Positions 1 through 10,543 of a stretch of DNA of 64,000 bases are shown piece by piece. The translations under genes and the position numbers were made by a program. The notes under the pieces were generated by a model, which was not told the DNA's origin, searched no databases, and worked only from the letters and a program-made list of their open reading frames with translations. Origin of the DNA: Octopus bimaculoides (Eukaryota); contig NC_068986.1 of the NCBI RefSeq assembly GCF_001194135.2, positions 42,569,229 to 42,633,228 of the forward strand, read 5' to 3'. How positions within the stretch are numbered: the first letter of the stretch is position 1; each line of letters begins with the position of its first letter.

Positions 1-93
1 CATGTATATATAGCTGCATATCTGAGTACAGGACGTCACAAATAAACGTGGACAAAATGATAAACAGAGAAATATGGATGTTTTCGATTTAGT

Positions 94-154
94 TTGGATT
101 CTTTGCCATAAAATTTGATTGCAACGAATTCAAATTTGATGGCAAAGAATCCAA
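94..154. repeat. Inverted repeat / hairpin (~25-bp stem, one mismatch)
   Basis: ttggattctttgccat-a-aaatttga ... tcaaattt-g-atggcaaagaatccaa are reverse complements around an 11-nt loop. Confidence 0.85.
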
Positions 155-322
155 CTAGCGTTCAAAATAATTTTTCTATCGTCTTGGCCTAACAGCCCTT
201 ACCGTTTGTTCTCACTGTTGTGTCTTGTTTTTACTGTCTTGTTCTCACTGTCCTGTTCTTGTTTACACTTTCACCCTCCGCGAAAAATGTCCAAATTTTA
301 ATTAATTTGCTTGCGGGAAGGA

Positions 323-399
323 CTGCTCCAACGAAGTCGCGTATTGTCCTTGCCTACGAAACGCGGAGTAGATGGAGCAGGGACAACTGAAGAAGGGTA
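323..399 (+). ncRNA. Hammerhead-ribozyme-like motif cluster (decayed or permuted)
   Basis: CGCGTA 338-343, GAAACGCG 358-365 and CTGAAGA 387-393 are present; ttgtcc 344-349 pairs with ggacaa 381-386; stem II is weak. Confidence 0.35.
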
Positions 400-879
400 A
401 TATTCTTTATATTGCATGTCTCGTTTCTCTGTTTGTTTTTTTCGTTGTTCGAAAAAAAAGTTCGTTTTCTGTCTTCGTCCTTATGTTTTCGTTTCTCATT
501 GTGTTTAACGTTTTTTGTGATGTCCTGTACCCATATATGCTTGTATGTATACATACAGATGTCGGTATGTATATATATGTATGGATATATGCATATAATT
601 ATATATATATATATATGGTGTTACAAAAGTGTACTTTCCTTGGGAAGAAAAATATAGTGGATTTCGTTTGGGCATGTAGATTTGAACCTAAATCTATAGA
701 ATTCCTCTTTAAATTACAACTGTGTTTTCTTATGGAAATTTGGCTCAACACATGGCCTGCCAAGTTGATTTATGTCCTTTCCATTTGACCCCCTATGCCA
801 CCAAAAGCTGAAATTAGATAAGAACCACCTACAGCAGTTTTCTATTGTTCTCGGTGATATATCTCTCTTTCTCAGTGTT

Positions 880-1348
880 CTGTGACAATTATAAATACTA
901 AAATCCCGTTAGTGAAAAGAGTTGGCGAAAGAGATAACCACGAAATAGTTGGTGAAAGGAGTTGTGAGATGAGGACGACGAGAGACGACTTATAATACAA
1001 TTTTCAATTGCTCACATGTCAATGGCATATGTCATTTTCTCTTTTCTCCGCTGCTGCCTACGCGACAGGCAGCACAAAAGTATCATTGTCTTCCTTTCAG
1101 TCACTCTATTACCCTTTAAGGGCTTACTACTGCAAACGGCATAAACAGTAAACACAAGATAAAGAGGAGTGACCTCCCTTTTGTTTTGACCAGCTTATTG
1201 AGAATTTGAATTCTAATATTTTGTGACGACTTCGTATCTCAAACACTGGATTTTCAATCTACAAGGACTGCCTTAAACTCTAATATTTTTTGATGGCTTT
1301 GTGCAATGAACTCTAATATATATCATAACAGCTTTTGCTGACTTTGAT
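880..1348 (+). promoter_or_regulatory. Possible promoter / non-coding first exon
   Basis: No recognisable repeat family, visibly more CpG than the surroundings, and it ends at a good donor GAT|GTGAGT (1348/1349). No TRAF3IP1 coding match. Confidence 0.2.
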
Positions 1349-1529
1349 GTGAGTTTTTGCAATATTTCCTTCTCAATACATAAATGAATTATTATGGACT
1401 TGTTTGTTGTATTTGTTGTTTTCCTTTTGTCTAACCGTAACGATACACACACACACGCACAAATATATGCATTGTGGAAGAGGTATATCCAAGAAGACAT
1501 GAGATGAGGTGGTGACACATGATCTTCAA

Positions 1530-1826
1530 CTGTTGGGTTTCATGGAGGCAATGACAAGTGATTGAGACCTTTGGTGTGCTTGAGAAGACTTGTCAAACCA
1601 AATGAAATCATAGTTGTGGTCAGTGTTGGTGACGTAAAAGCGCCCATGCCAGTGACATGTAAAAGGCACCTACTAGACACTTGGAGTGGTTAGCATTAGG
1701 AAGGGCATCCAGCTGTAGAAACCATGCCAAATCAGACTGGAAGCTGATACAGCTCTCCAACGCCAGTCAAACCATCTAACACATGCTGGCATAGAAAGCA
1801 GATACTTAATGATGATGATGATGATA
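1530..1826 (+). mobile_element. RTE-LINE 3'-end-related short repeat, (GAT)n tail
   Basis: 'ttaggaagggcatccagctgtagaaac...catgctggcatagaaag...gatgatgat' matches the 3' end of the RTE copy at 7920-8057. Confidence 0.75.
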
Positions 1827-1904
1827 TATGTATGACTTATTCATCATGGTAGTCGGTGAACAGGTTGTCTTCTAGTTTTACTTTGCCTGTTTATGTGTTT
1901 AAAA

Positions 1905-1980
1905 TTTACCTGATGATGGCAGGTTTTTGCTTTGATGTAATCTAAGAATGCATCAATAAAATGCTGCCAAAACGGTTGCT
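1905..1980 (+). ncRNA. Degenerate type I hammerhead remnant
   Basis: CTGATGA-T-GGCAG ... CTGCC-AAAAC; GAAA is replaced by AAAA, consistent with CpG>CpA decay; inner stem ttgatg/catcaa; (TA)-rich sequence follows. Confidence 0.4.
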
Positions 1981-2091
1981 GTGAATCTTAAACCCCACTT
2001 GTGTTCTTCTTTATATATGCACCTCTCTTGGAATCAGCTTTCAGTCAGGTCTACAAATGATATTGGATTTGGTGCCTCTGTGTGTATATAT

Positions 2092-2480
2092 CATCGTCAT
2101 CATTTAACATTCACTTCCCATGCTGGCATGGGTTGGACAGTTTGACTGAAAACTGATAAGCGAAGGGGCTACACCAGGTTCTAATCTGACTCGGCAAGGT
2201 TTCTACAGCTGGATGTCTTTCGTTATGCCACCACTCCGAGAGTGTAGTGGGTGCTTTTTACATTCCACTGGCACGGGTGCCAGTGACCTGACACCAGCAT
2301 CAGCCATGACTATGGTCACACTTGGCTTGACAGGTCAACACAAGCACAGTATATTGCCAAGGATCATGGTCACCTGTCACTGCCTCCATGATGCACAACG
2401 CTCGAATGGTACTTTTTACATGCCAGTCAGACAGCACTGGCACCAGGTACAACTATGATTTCACTTGGCTCAACAGGTCT
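2092..2480 (-). mobile_element. RTE-LINE 3'-end-related repeat
   Basis: Reverse complement of the same family, starting with the (CAT)n tail then 'ttccatgctggcatgggttggac'. Confidence 0.75.
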
Positions 2481-2489
2481 CTTCACAAG

Positions 2490-2921
2490 CACAGCATATT
2501 GCCCAACGATTGAAGGGTGCTTCTAAAGGGTCAGTTAAATGACACAAGCATCGGCCTTGACTACGATCTCACTTGGCTTGAGGGGTTTTCTCAAGTGTGG
2601 CATATCTCCAAACACTGAGACTGGTGAAGGTGATAAGTGACTGAGACCTTTGGTAATATACCATGCTTGAGAAGACTCATCAAGCCAAGTGAAGTCGTAG
2701 TCATGGCCAATGCTGGTGTCATGTAACTGGCACCCATGCTGGCAGCATGTAAAAAGCACCCATTACACTCTTGGAGTGGTTAGTATTAGAAAGGGCATCC
2801 ATCCATAGGAACTATACCAAATCAGATTTGAACCTGGTGCAGCCCTCCAGATTACCATTGTCAGTTGAACTGTCTAACCCATGCCAGCATGGAAAGCAGA
2901 TGCTAAATGATGATGATGATA
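2490..2921 (+). mobile_element. RTE-LINE 3'-end-related repeat
   Basis: Same family motif ending 'catgccagcatggaaagcagatgctaaatgatgatgatgat'. Confidence 0.75.
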
Positions 2922-2927
2922 CATACA

Positions 2928-2966
<39 letters not shown>

Positions 2967-3139
2967 GCACNNNNNNNNNNNNNNNNNNNNNNNNNNNNNN
3001 NNNNNNNNNNNNNNNNNNNNNNNNNNNNNNNNNNNNNNNNNNNNNNNNNNNNNNNNNNNNNNNNNNNNNNNNNNNNNNNNNNNNNNNNNNNNNNNNNNNN
3101 NNNNNNNNNNNNNNNNNNNNNNNNNNNNNNNNNNNNNNN

Positions 3140-3200
<61 letters not shown>

Positions 3201-4248
3201 CACATATATATAAACATGGTTTGGAAGCAAGCTTCATAACCACATATCCACGCCACTCTTCCTTTTCATTAACACATTTTCATTCTTAATACCATAAAGA
3301 ACTGAGAGATCTTCCTTTATTTTCCAAACTTTTTCACACCATGTTGTTTGACAAGAGTTGGATGTTCCTTCAGAGGTGTTGTTCAGTTTTTATCTGATTT
3401 CCTTTCCAATTACTTCTCAGCTTTCATGTAATTCACTTAATTGATCCCTCATTGTGTTTTTGATGTTGAATTTGTATTTTAGGGAAGGTCTGTGACACCT
3501 CAGATAGTGTTTTGTATTATAGCTGTTATTTTGTAATCAGCTTTTATATCTAAGAAGAGTTTTGGGGTGGCAGCTATTTATCGTAATTCTTATATAATTT
3601 TTTCCTTCAGATATATTTCTCATCTTTTACACATATTTTTATTGTGGGCACTTTTTCTATAGCCAGAATCTATTTCTGTTTCTTTTATTTGTTTTCTTTT
3701 CCTCATTTGTGGTTTCGATGATATTGGTTTTCAACTTATTACTTTTGTTGTTTGTTGATTTGTGTTGTGTCTTGTTTTATAATCTGGTCATATGTATTCC
3801 TTTTATGTATTCATATGATATAGCTTTCCTTTTATCCATGCCTTTTCATATAAAGCAACAATGATTCTCCACTGTTTTCTGGTTTAAACTCCACTTCAAG
3901 AACATGCATCCCTCTCTTTTATTTCTAATGTAATATATTCTCATACAGACAAGGTTTTTAAAATGTTTTAATCTATAGTCAACATTTTATTATTACACAG
4001 CTGGAGACACCAGAGGTGTTATTTCTTTTCAGATCCTAAAGTATAATCATTTCATGTTATGCTACTAAATTACTTAGTATTACCACCACACCATATTCTA
4101 CAGTTTGTTTATTACTCTATTTAAGTTCTGTGAAAATTAACTTTTCTCTTGTGATTATATACGTTATCGTGTAGTTTCATTTTCTATTATAAAGGTATTA
4201 AATATGGTTGTGTGTGCATGTGTGTGTGTGTGTGTGTGTATGTGTGCA

Positions 4249-4397
4249 TGGTAAAAAGCTTGCTTCTCAATCACATGGTTCCTGGTTCAGTCCCACTGCA
4301 TGGCAACTTGGGCAAGTGTCTTCTGTTATAGCCTTGAGCCAACCAAAGCCTTGTGAGTGGAGCTGCTCAATGTAAACAGAAAAAAGCCTGTCATATA

Positions 4398-4466
<69 letters not shown>

Positions 4467-4668
4467 GTTTGTGTTTGACAACTGGACAACTGATGTTGGT
4501 ATGTTTACATCCTGATAACTTAGCGATTCAGTAAATGTGAGTGATAGAATAAGTACCCCGTTTAAAAAAATAAATTCTGGTATAAGTTCATTTGACCAAA
4601 ACTTCTTCAAGGTGGTGCCCCAGCATGGCTGCAATCTGATGATTTGAAACAAGTAAAAGCTAAAAGAT
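4249..4668 (+). mobile_element. tRNA-derived composite SINE with internal (TA)n
   Basis: tRNA-like head (B-box-like ggttcagtccc), 'gggcaagtgtcttct...caaagccttgtgagtgga', internal microsatellite, 3' 'ggtgccccagcatggc...gaaacaagtaaaag'. Confidence 0.75.
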
Positions 4669-4786
4669 GTGTGTGTGTGTGTGTGGTATAGTCCTGGTGG
4701 TCAACAATCCCTTCTAGATTAAGTTGAGTTGAGGTAGGTTTGACATTTACATCAAAGAATAAAGAAGGTGTACAGAGTATACACAT

Positions 4787-4983
4787 TTAACCCTTCAGTA
4801 TTTAAACCAGGCATATCGGGTCCAAATTGTCAAAGTGGTGAGATCCAGCCTCTTACACCTATCCTACAATGTCCTTTTAGAAATTAACACTCACATCATC
4901 CAAATCTCCAAGCTATGAGATTATTTCAAAATGATGTGAAAAAGTATTACGTTTAACTGAAAAATCTGAATACTAAAGAGTAA
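4787..4983 (+). mobile_element. TTAA-flanked piggyBac-type MITE
   Basis: Ends ttaa-cccttcagtatt ... aatactaaagag-taa; internal sequence is shared with 41148-41364, 42088-42309 and 15815-16025. Confidence 0.65.
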
Positions 4984-6568
4984 ATATTTATTTACTATAT
5001 ATCATAGAAGGTAGTGAGGAATCATCTCCTTTTCCCTGCTCCCCCTGCTCCAGTTCATATGTAGCATTGGTTATCTCCCCCATCCTTCATTCACCATTCA
5101 CTACATCCACCCCTCAACCCTACCTGTCACCACTCACTTCTACATCCCTCATATCTTCAGCATCCACCTTGACACTTCATCAACACTATTTTTATCTCTT
5201 CCCAGCGTCACCTCAACAATTCCCACTCGCTCTTCTAAAATGATATGAGGTTATAGTCAACTATATCAGGACAATGTTCAGAAGAAGAGGGAGTGGACAG
5301 GCTTTCACACAGGTTCTGTCTGCCCCAAATTCACTCAAGGCATTGGTCAGCCAAGGGCTATAGCCAAAGACACTTGTTCAAGGTACTACTCAGTGGAACT
5401 GAACCTGAAGCCATTTGGCTGTGATGAGAACATCTTAACCACACATCCATGCATGCTAACTGGGGTGGGTTTGAACTCAGAACAAAAAGGATGTAACTAA
5501 ATACCATATAGTATTTTGTTTAATCTTCTACTGTTCCTGCCATTCTATAGATTTCATTTATGGTTTTTCTTTTCTCTTTTATTTGTGTCTTGAAGATTAA
5601 GTTTTTACTTAGTTTAGATTACAATGATTTGAATAAGGCATTTATTTTGTTCACTATTTTCTGTACTGTATCAGATCAAGCTAAAGTAAACATTTCCTCA
5701 TTTCCTCTGATAAATAATGACAAAATAATGTTTGTCCTGTTGTATTTTGGGATTAAGCTGCCTGCTATTGATTTGGTTTGAGCTACTTTTGGCTATAATT
5801 TTGCTGTCAGTGGAAATAGTAGTGCTACATATCTTATGTTGGGTTAAACACTATTACTCAGAAAGAAGTGAATGTGTTACATGAGTTTTCATCACCAACA
5901 GTTTGTAAGTTAAGAAGTGATGTTTGTAAGCTGAGAAGGGGTTGAATGCTGTGCACAAAAATTCTCAGTTCATTGAAATTTAATAGCTGCTTGAAGACAG
6001 AAAGCAAAAGTCCAGTGACAGATGTTAGTGACTCTCAAAGTAAAGGGGAAATAATTCCTAGGAATTATGGATTAATCTCTTTCAGTTAATTTACATGCCT
6101 AGAGGGAGTGTCAACAATGGACATGTTTCCATTTATGAGACCTCATCAGTGTAATATAGTCCATTCAAGCATGCTTGATTAGTAAACGAAGATTTTTCGT
6201 CATCATCATCACTATTATCACCACCACCACACAAGTTTTCCGTGCTGGCATGGTTTAGAGAACGTGCCACTGTCTGAGTCAGCTCTTTTTTGAAGTTACA
6301 ACCCTCTTAGATAGGTCAAGAATGATAACATCTCACTTGTATGTTTAATTTGGCATGGTTCCTATTGCTAGATACCCTTCCTAACACTAGCTACTTTACA
6401 GAATGTACTGCATTTTACCATGCTACCTGCATTAGAGAAGTTGTCATGTCCTTGAAAAGACTAAAGAGTCTCTCTCTATGTATCTGCTCATTTACCAATT
6501 GCTTTATAGTGTGTACTGGTGGCATTTTATCATGGTGCCGGCACTAGAGATATTGCTTTATATATATG

Positions 6569-6605
<37 letters not shown>

Positions 6606-6939
6606 TAATGGTTTCTTATTAGGAAACCAATAGATTTTATACAGGGCTGCAAGAAGTGCTCAGAATAACTGAGACGAGTAAAATATTAGTTAAAGAATAA
6701 AAAGACTGGGTTAACGACTCAACATATCACACCCCCTCAATGAACATATATAAGAAATACAGCATAAACTGTCAAACATAAGGAATAAGAAGAAATATCG
6801 CAAGAAAAATAATGCAAGAAATAATAAATAAATAAAAAATATAGCATATGGTATAAAATTTTTATACATGAATATATTGTTTCAACCGGTAACATGAAAC
6901 TGAAAAAAATTGAGTTAAAGGTATAATACAATACATGTG

Positions 6940-8057
6940 CTGATGACCTTGCCCTAATTGCGGAGTCACTATCAGAACTAGAGGAGAAGTTTCAGGTGTG
7001 GAAGCAAGGTCTAGAATTGAAGGGCCTTAGAGTCAACCCAGCTAAAACCAAAATCCTAATAAGTAGGAAGGTAGATAAAACACAAACCCCTTCAGGTAGA
7101 TGGCCCTGCTCAGTATGTAGAAAAGGAGTAGGTAGTAACTCTATAAGATGTACCCGGTGCAAGCTATGGACACATAAGAGGTGCAGCAACATCAAAGGCA
7201 GGTTAACTAGCAAGTTAGTTTTTGTTTGTGGCAAATGTTCAGGTGCAATANNNNNNNNNNNNNNNNNNNNNNNNNNNNNNNNNNNNNNNNNNNNNNNNNN
7301 NNNNNNNNNNNNNNNNNNNNNNNNNNNNNNNNNNNNNNNNNNNNNNNNNNNNNNNNNNNNNNNNNNNNNNNNNNNNNNNNNNNNNNNNNNNNNNNNNNNN
7401 NNNNNNNNNNNNNNNNNNNNNNNNNNNNNNNNNNNNNNNNNNNNNNNNNNNNNNNNNNNNNNNNNNNNNNNNNNNNNNNNNNNNNNNNNNNNNNNNNNNN
7501 NNNNNNNNNNNNNNNNNNNNNNNNNNNNNNNNNNNNNNNNNNNNNNNNNNNNNNNNNNNNNNNNNNNNNNNNNNNNNNNNNNNNNNNNNNNNNNNNNNNN
7601 NNNNNNNNNNNNNNNNNNNNNNNNNNNNNNNNNNNNNNNNNNNNNNNNNNNNNNNNNNNNNNNNNNNNNNNNNNNNNNNNNNNNNNNNNNNNNNNNNNNN
7701 NNNNNNNNNNNNNNNNNNNNNNNNNNNNNNNNNNNNNNNNNNNNNNNNNNNNNNNNNNNNNNNNNNNNNNNNNNNNNNNNNNNNNNNNNNNNNNNNNNNN
7801 NNNNNNNNNNNNNNNNNNNNNNNNNNNNNNNNNNNNNNNNNNNNNNNNNNNNNNNNNNNNNNNNNNNNNNNNNNNNNNNNNNNNNNNNNNNNNNNNNNNN
7901 NNNNNNNNNNNNNNNNNNNAGGAAGGGCATCCAGCTGTAGAAACTATGCCAAATTAGATTGGAGCCTGGTGTTGCCATCCGGTTTCACCAGTCCTCAGTC
8001 AAATCGTCCAACCCATGCTAGCATGGAAAGCGGACGTTAAACGATGATGATGATGAT
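6940..8057 (+). mobile_element. 5'-truncated RTE-clade LINE (RT C-terminus + Cys/His cluster + 3' UTR), partly in an N-gap
   Basis: Reads ADDLALIAESLSELEEKFQVWKQGLELKGLRVNPAKTK...CSVCRKGVGSNSIRCTRCKLWTHKRCS; 3' UTR and (GAT)n tail resume after gap 7251-7919; possible 5-bp atgtg duplication. Confidence 0.85.
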
Positions 8058-8518
8058 GTGAATATCATTTCTTAGAAGTTACAAAAGTTAAAATTAACAC
8101 GAATAAAAATTAATACGGAAGGAGTAAAAATTTCAAATATATAATATAATAATATAATATAAAATAATATAAGTCGATATAGTAAAATAAAATGACATGA
8201 AGAAATGAGGTACCATAAAGTAGTCTATCGGTTGAAAAAACAAGAACAGAAGCGATTTAACACCACTTAGAATTAAAGTTCAAAGTTCTTCAATTCCCTC
8301 GAGCACATTTCACACCTCAAAACCAGTAGACACCAAAAGGCAAGTTCGCACCAATCTGGCACACACAAGAGCGAACAACAGGCACCCAGCAGGTATCAAC
8401 AGGCAAAAGTTCAGTTCCGCTCACCATGTCCAAAAAGGTTCACCACACATGAGTCAAAAACAATTACAGCATACCGCAAGTATGCATCAGTAAAAACAAT
8501 TTCACAAATTTCATACAA

Positions 8519-8601
8519 TACCTATGGCCATTTCAGAGGTACACCACTGTATTTCAAAACACAATAGAGTGTAAATAGGTGATGACCCCCTCGTCAGGGT
8601 A
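8519..8601 (-). ncRNA. Type I hammerhead ribozyme, near intact, palindromic stem III
   Basis: Minus strand: UACC-CUGACGA-GGGGGU-CAUCAC...GUGGUG-U-ACCUCU-GAA-AUGGCCAU-A|GGUA. All invariant core bases are present; stem I 4 bp; stem II 6+6 bp with G.U pairs. Confidence 0.8.
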
Positions 8602-9091
8602 AATTCATGTACAAAGTCATGACATGCACAAAGGGGAAAAAAAAATGATTTCTTTAAAGAGCAAATGTATATATAAACAAAATGGACCAGCCTATGTAAA
8701 TAATGGGAGGATTCAAAAAAAAAAAAGATAAAGTGCCATTTTAGAATTCTGCAACCATAAGTTTTCCTCCACCTTCTTGAAAATGTATAGAGATAAAAAT
8801 AAATTTAAGAGTAATAAATAATAACAAATGTAATAGTTTACGTGTAGGTTGGTTTTGATACTGCAGCCTGTTTAGCTATTCCATGTTATCGGTTGAAACA
8901 ATATATTCGTGTATAAAAATTTTATACTATATGCTATATTTTTTATTTATTTATCATTTCTTACATTATTTTTCTTGCGTTATTTCGACTTATTCCTTAT
9001 GTTTGACGGATTATGCTGTATTTCTTATATATGTTCATTGAGGGGGTGTGATATGTTGAGTCGTTAACGCAGTCTTTTTATTCTTTAACTA

Positions 9092-9136
<45 letters not shown>

Positions 9137-9164
9137 TACTCTCCATCTCTGACCTGTGTGTGTT

Positions 9165-10220
9165 TCTAATACATTTCAACCATTCAGCTGTGGTCATGCT
9201 GAAAGACCACTGTGACTTTGTATCTTTTTCATAGCCCTCTTATGTAGTTGATTTCTGCATGGTAGGATTTCATATAACCACTTTGCATGTGCTTGTTTCT
9301 TGGATTATATTTGGCGTTAGGAGTTTGATACTACAGCCCTTGTCTGTACTTTATGTCAAGATTTTGGTTCATCTGGTGTCATGTATATCAGAATATCCAA
9401 TTTTTTTTTGTTTTTGAAGACTTCCATATCCACTTTGTATAGGTTTCTTAACTCTTTTGGCTGAGTATTGTAGAGCTGTAGCTTTTTGAACCCCAAGCTA
9501 TTGCAGTACCGGGTCTTGTATTTAGATGGAGTGAACAGTACCTTTGATTTTTTTGCACTGGCATCCAGTACCAGCATTTGTATAACACTTGATGCTGAAG
9601 TTAAATACTAACCCTTCTAGAATTTTCCACCTGTAAATTATTACATCTCTCACATCTTCATTTTAGGAAGTTAAGTCATAGTTTTTCAGTCTCTCCCAGT
9701 AGTTCATCTGCTGTACTGTGGCAATCTTTTTAGCTTCAAACTCCACTGTTTGTTTGACACTATATGGTGACCACAGCTAAGAGCAAATAGTACGGGTCGC
9801 TGAGAAAAAAGGTCTTCCACAGGATGAACCATGAGTTCTTGGGTCTATTGTCTTGAAAGACTTGAGTATTCATCCTGCCAATTGTCTACCAATTGTCTAC
9901 ACTTTGTCGCCATCAAAGTTACTGCAGTCCCAGAGTCACAGACAATGAAAGACTTGGAGATCAATGTGTAATGATGCATCATTTCATATATGCATCATTA
10001 CATATACTACTTTCCAAGTCTTTCATTGTTTGTGACTCTGGGATTGCAATACCTTTGTGTCTTGTGTGTGCAGGCTGTAGTACATTTATGAGCTGATATT
10101 ACGATGCTTGAAATTTCACAGCATTTAACTGCATATGCTTTTGTTTTAGCCCACCTCTGTATTGCATATTATCAAGGCTTCTTTATTGCCTGTAATAATT
10201 TTTTATCATCTGCATATCTG
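9165..10220 (-). mobile_element. Decayed CR1-group LINE 3' fragment
   Basis: Minus-strand peptides ...MNYWERLK...WKILEG and RYCNSLGFKKLQLYNTQPKELRNLYKVDMEVFK...LD...PDEP; tail 'cagcatgaccacagctg'. Confidence 0.65.
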
Positions 10221-10469
10221 ATAATAGGTGCAGGCTGGTTGTGTGGTTAGAAGTTTGCTTCCCAACCTCATGGTTCCAGGAATGACCCCAGGTTAGTTTC
10301 TTGGAGGACTCCACTTGGAATTTGTATTACCCTAGAGAGGGCACCATTAGCTGCAACTGCAGGATTTCTATCTTTTAAGACGTTATCTAGCCACTCTACA
10401 TGACTTGTAGATTTGATTTCCAATTTGCTTCATATGTGTGTGTGTATATATTTGTGTGTATATATGTTA

Positions 10470-10537
<68 letters not shown>

Positions 10538-10543
10538 TACATA

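Larger units (their letters stand above)
6604..9098. mobile_element. ORF-less element with ~215-bp inverted arms, flanked by (TA)n; Penelope-like pLTR arrangement suspected
   Basis: 6679-6894 is the reverse complement of 8882-9098 with few mismatches; (TA)n at 6559-6604 and 9097-9133; internal hammerhead at 8519-8601; interrupted by an RTE. Confidence 0.65.

Noticed and set aside
2771-3289. Long ORFs rich in YI/HT/CV or X residues here and throughout the window
   Set aside because: Artefacts of (TA)n/(CA)n microsatellites and N-gaps.
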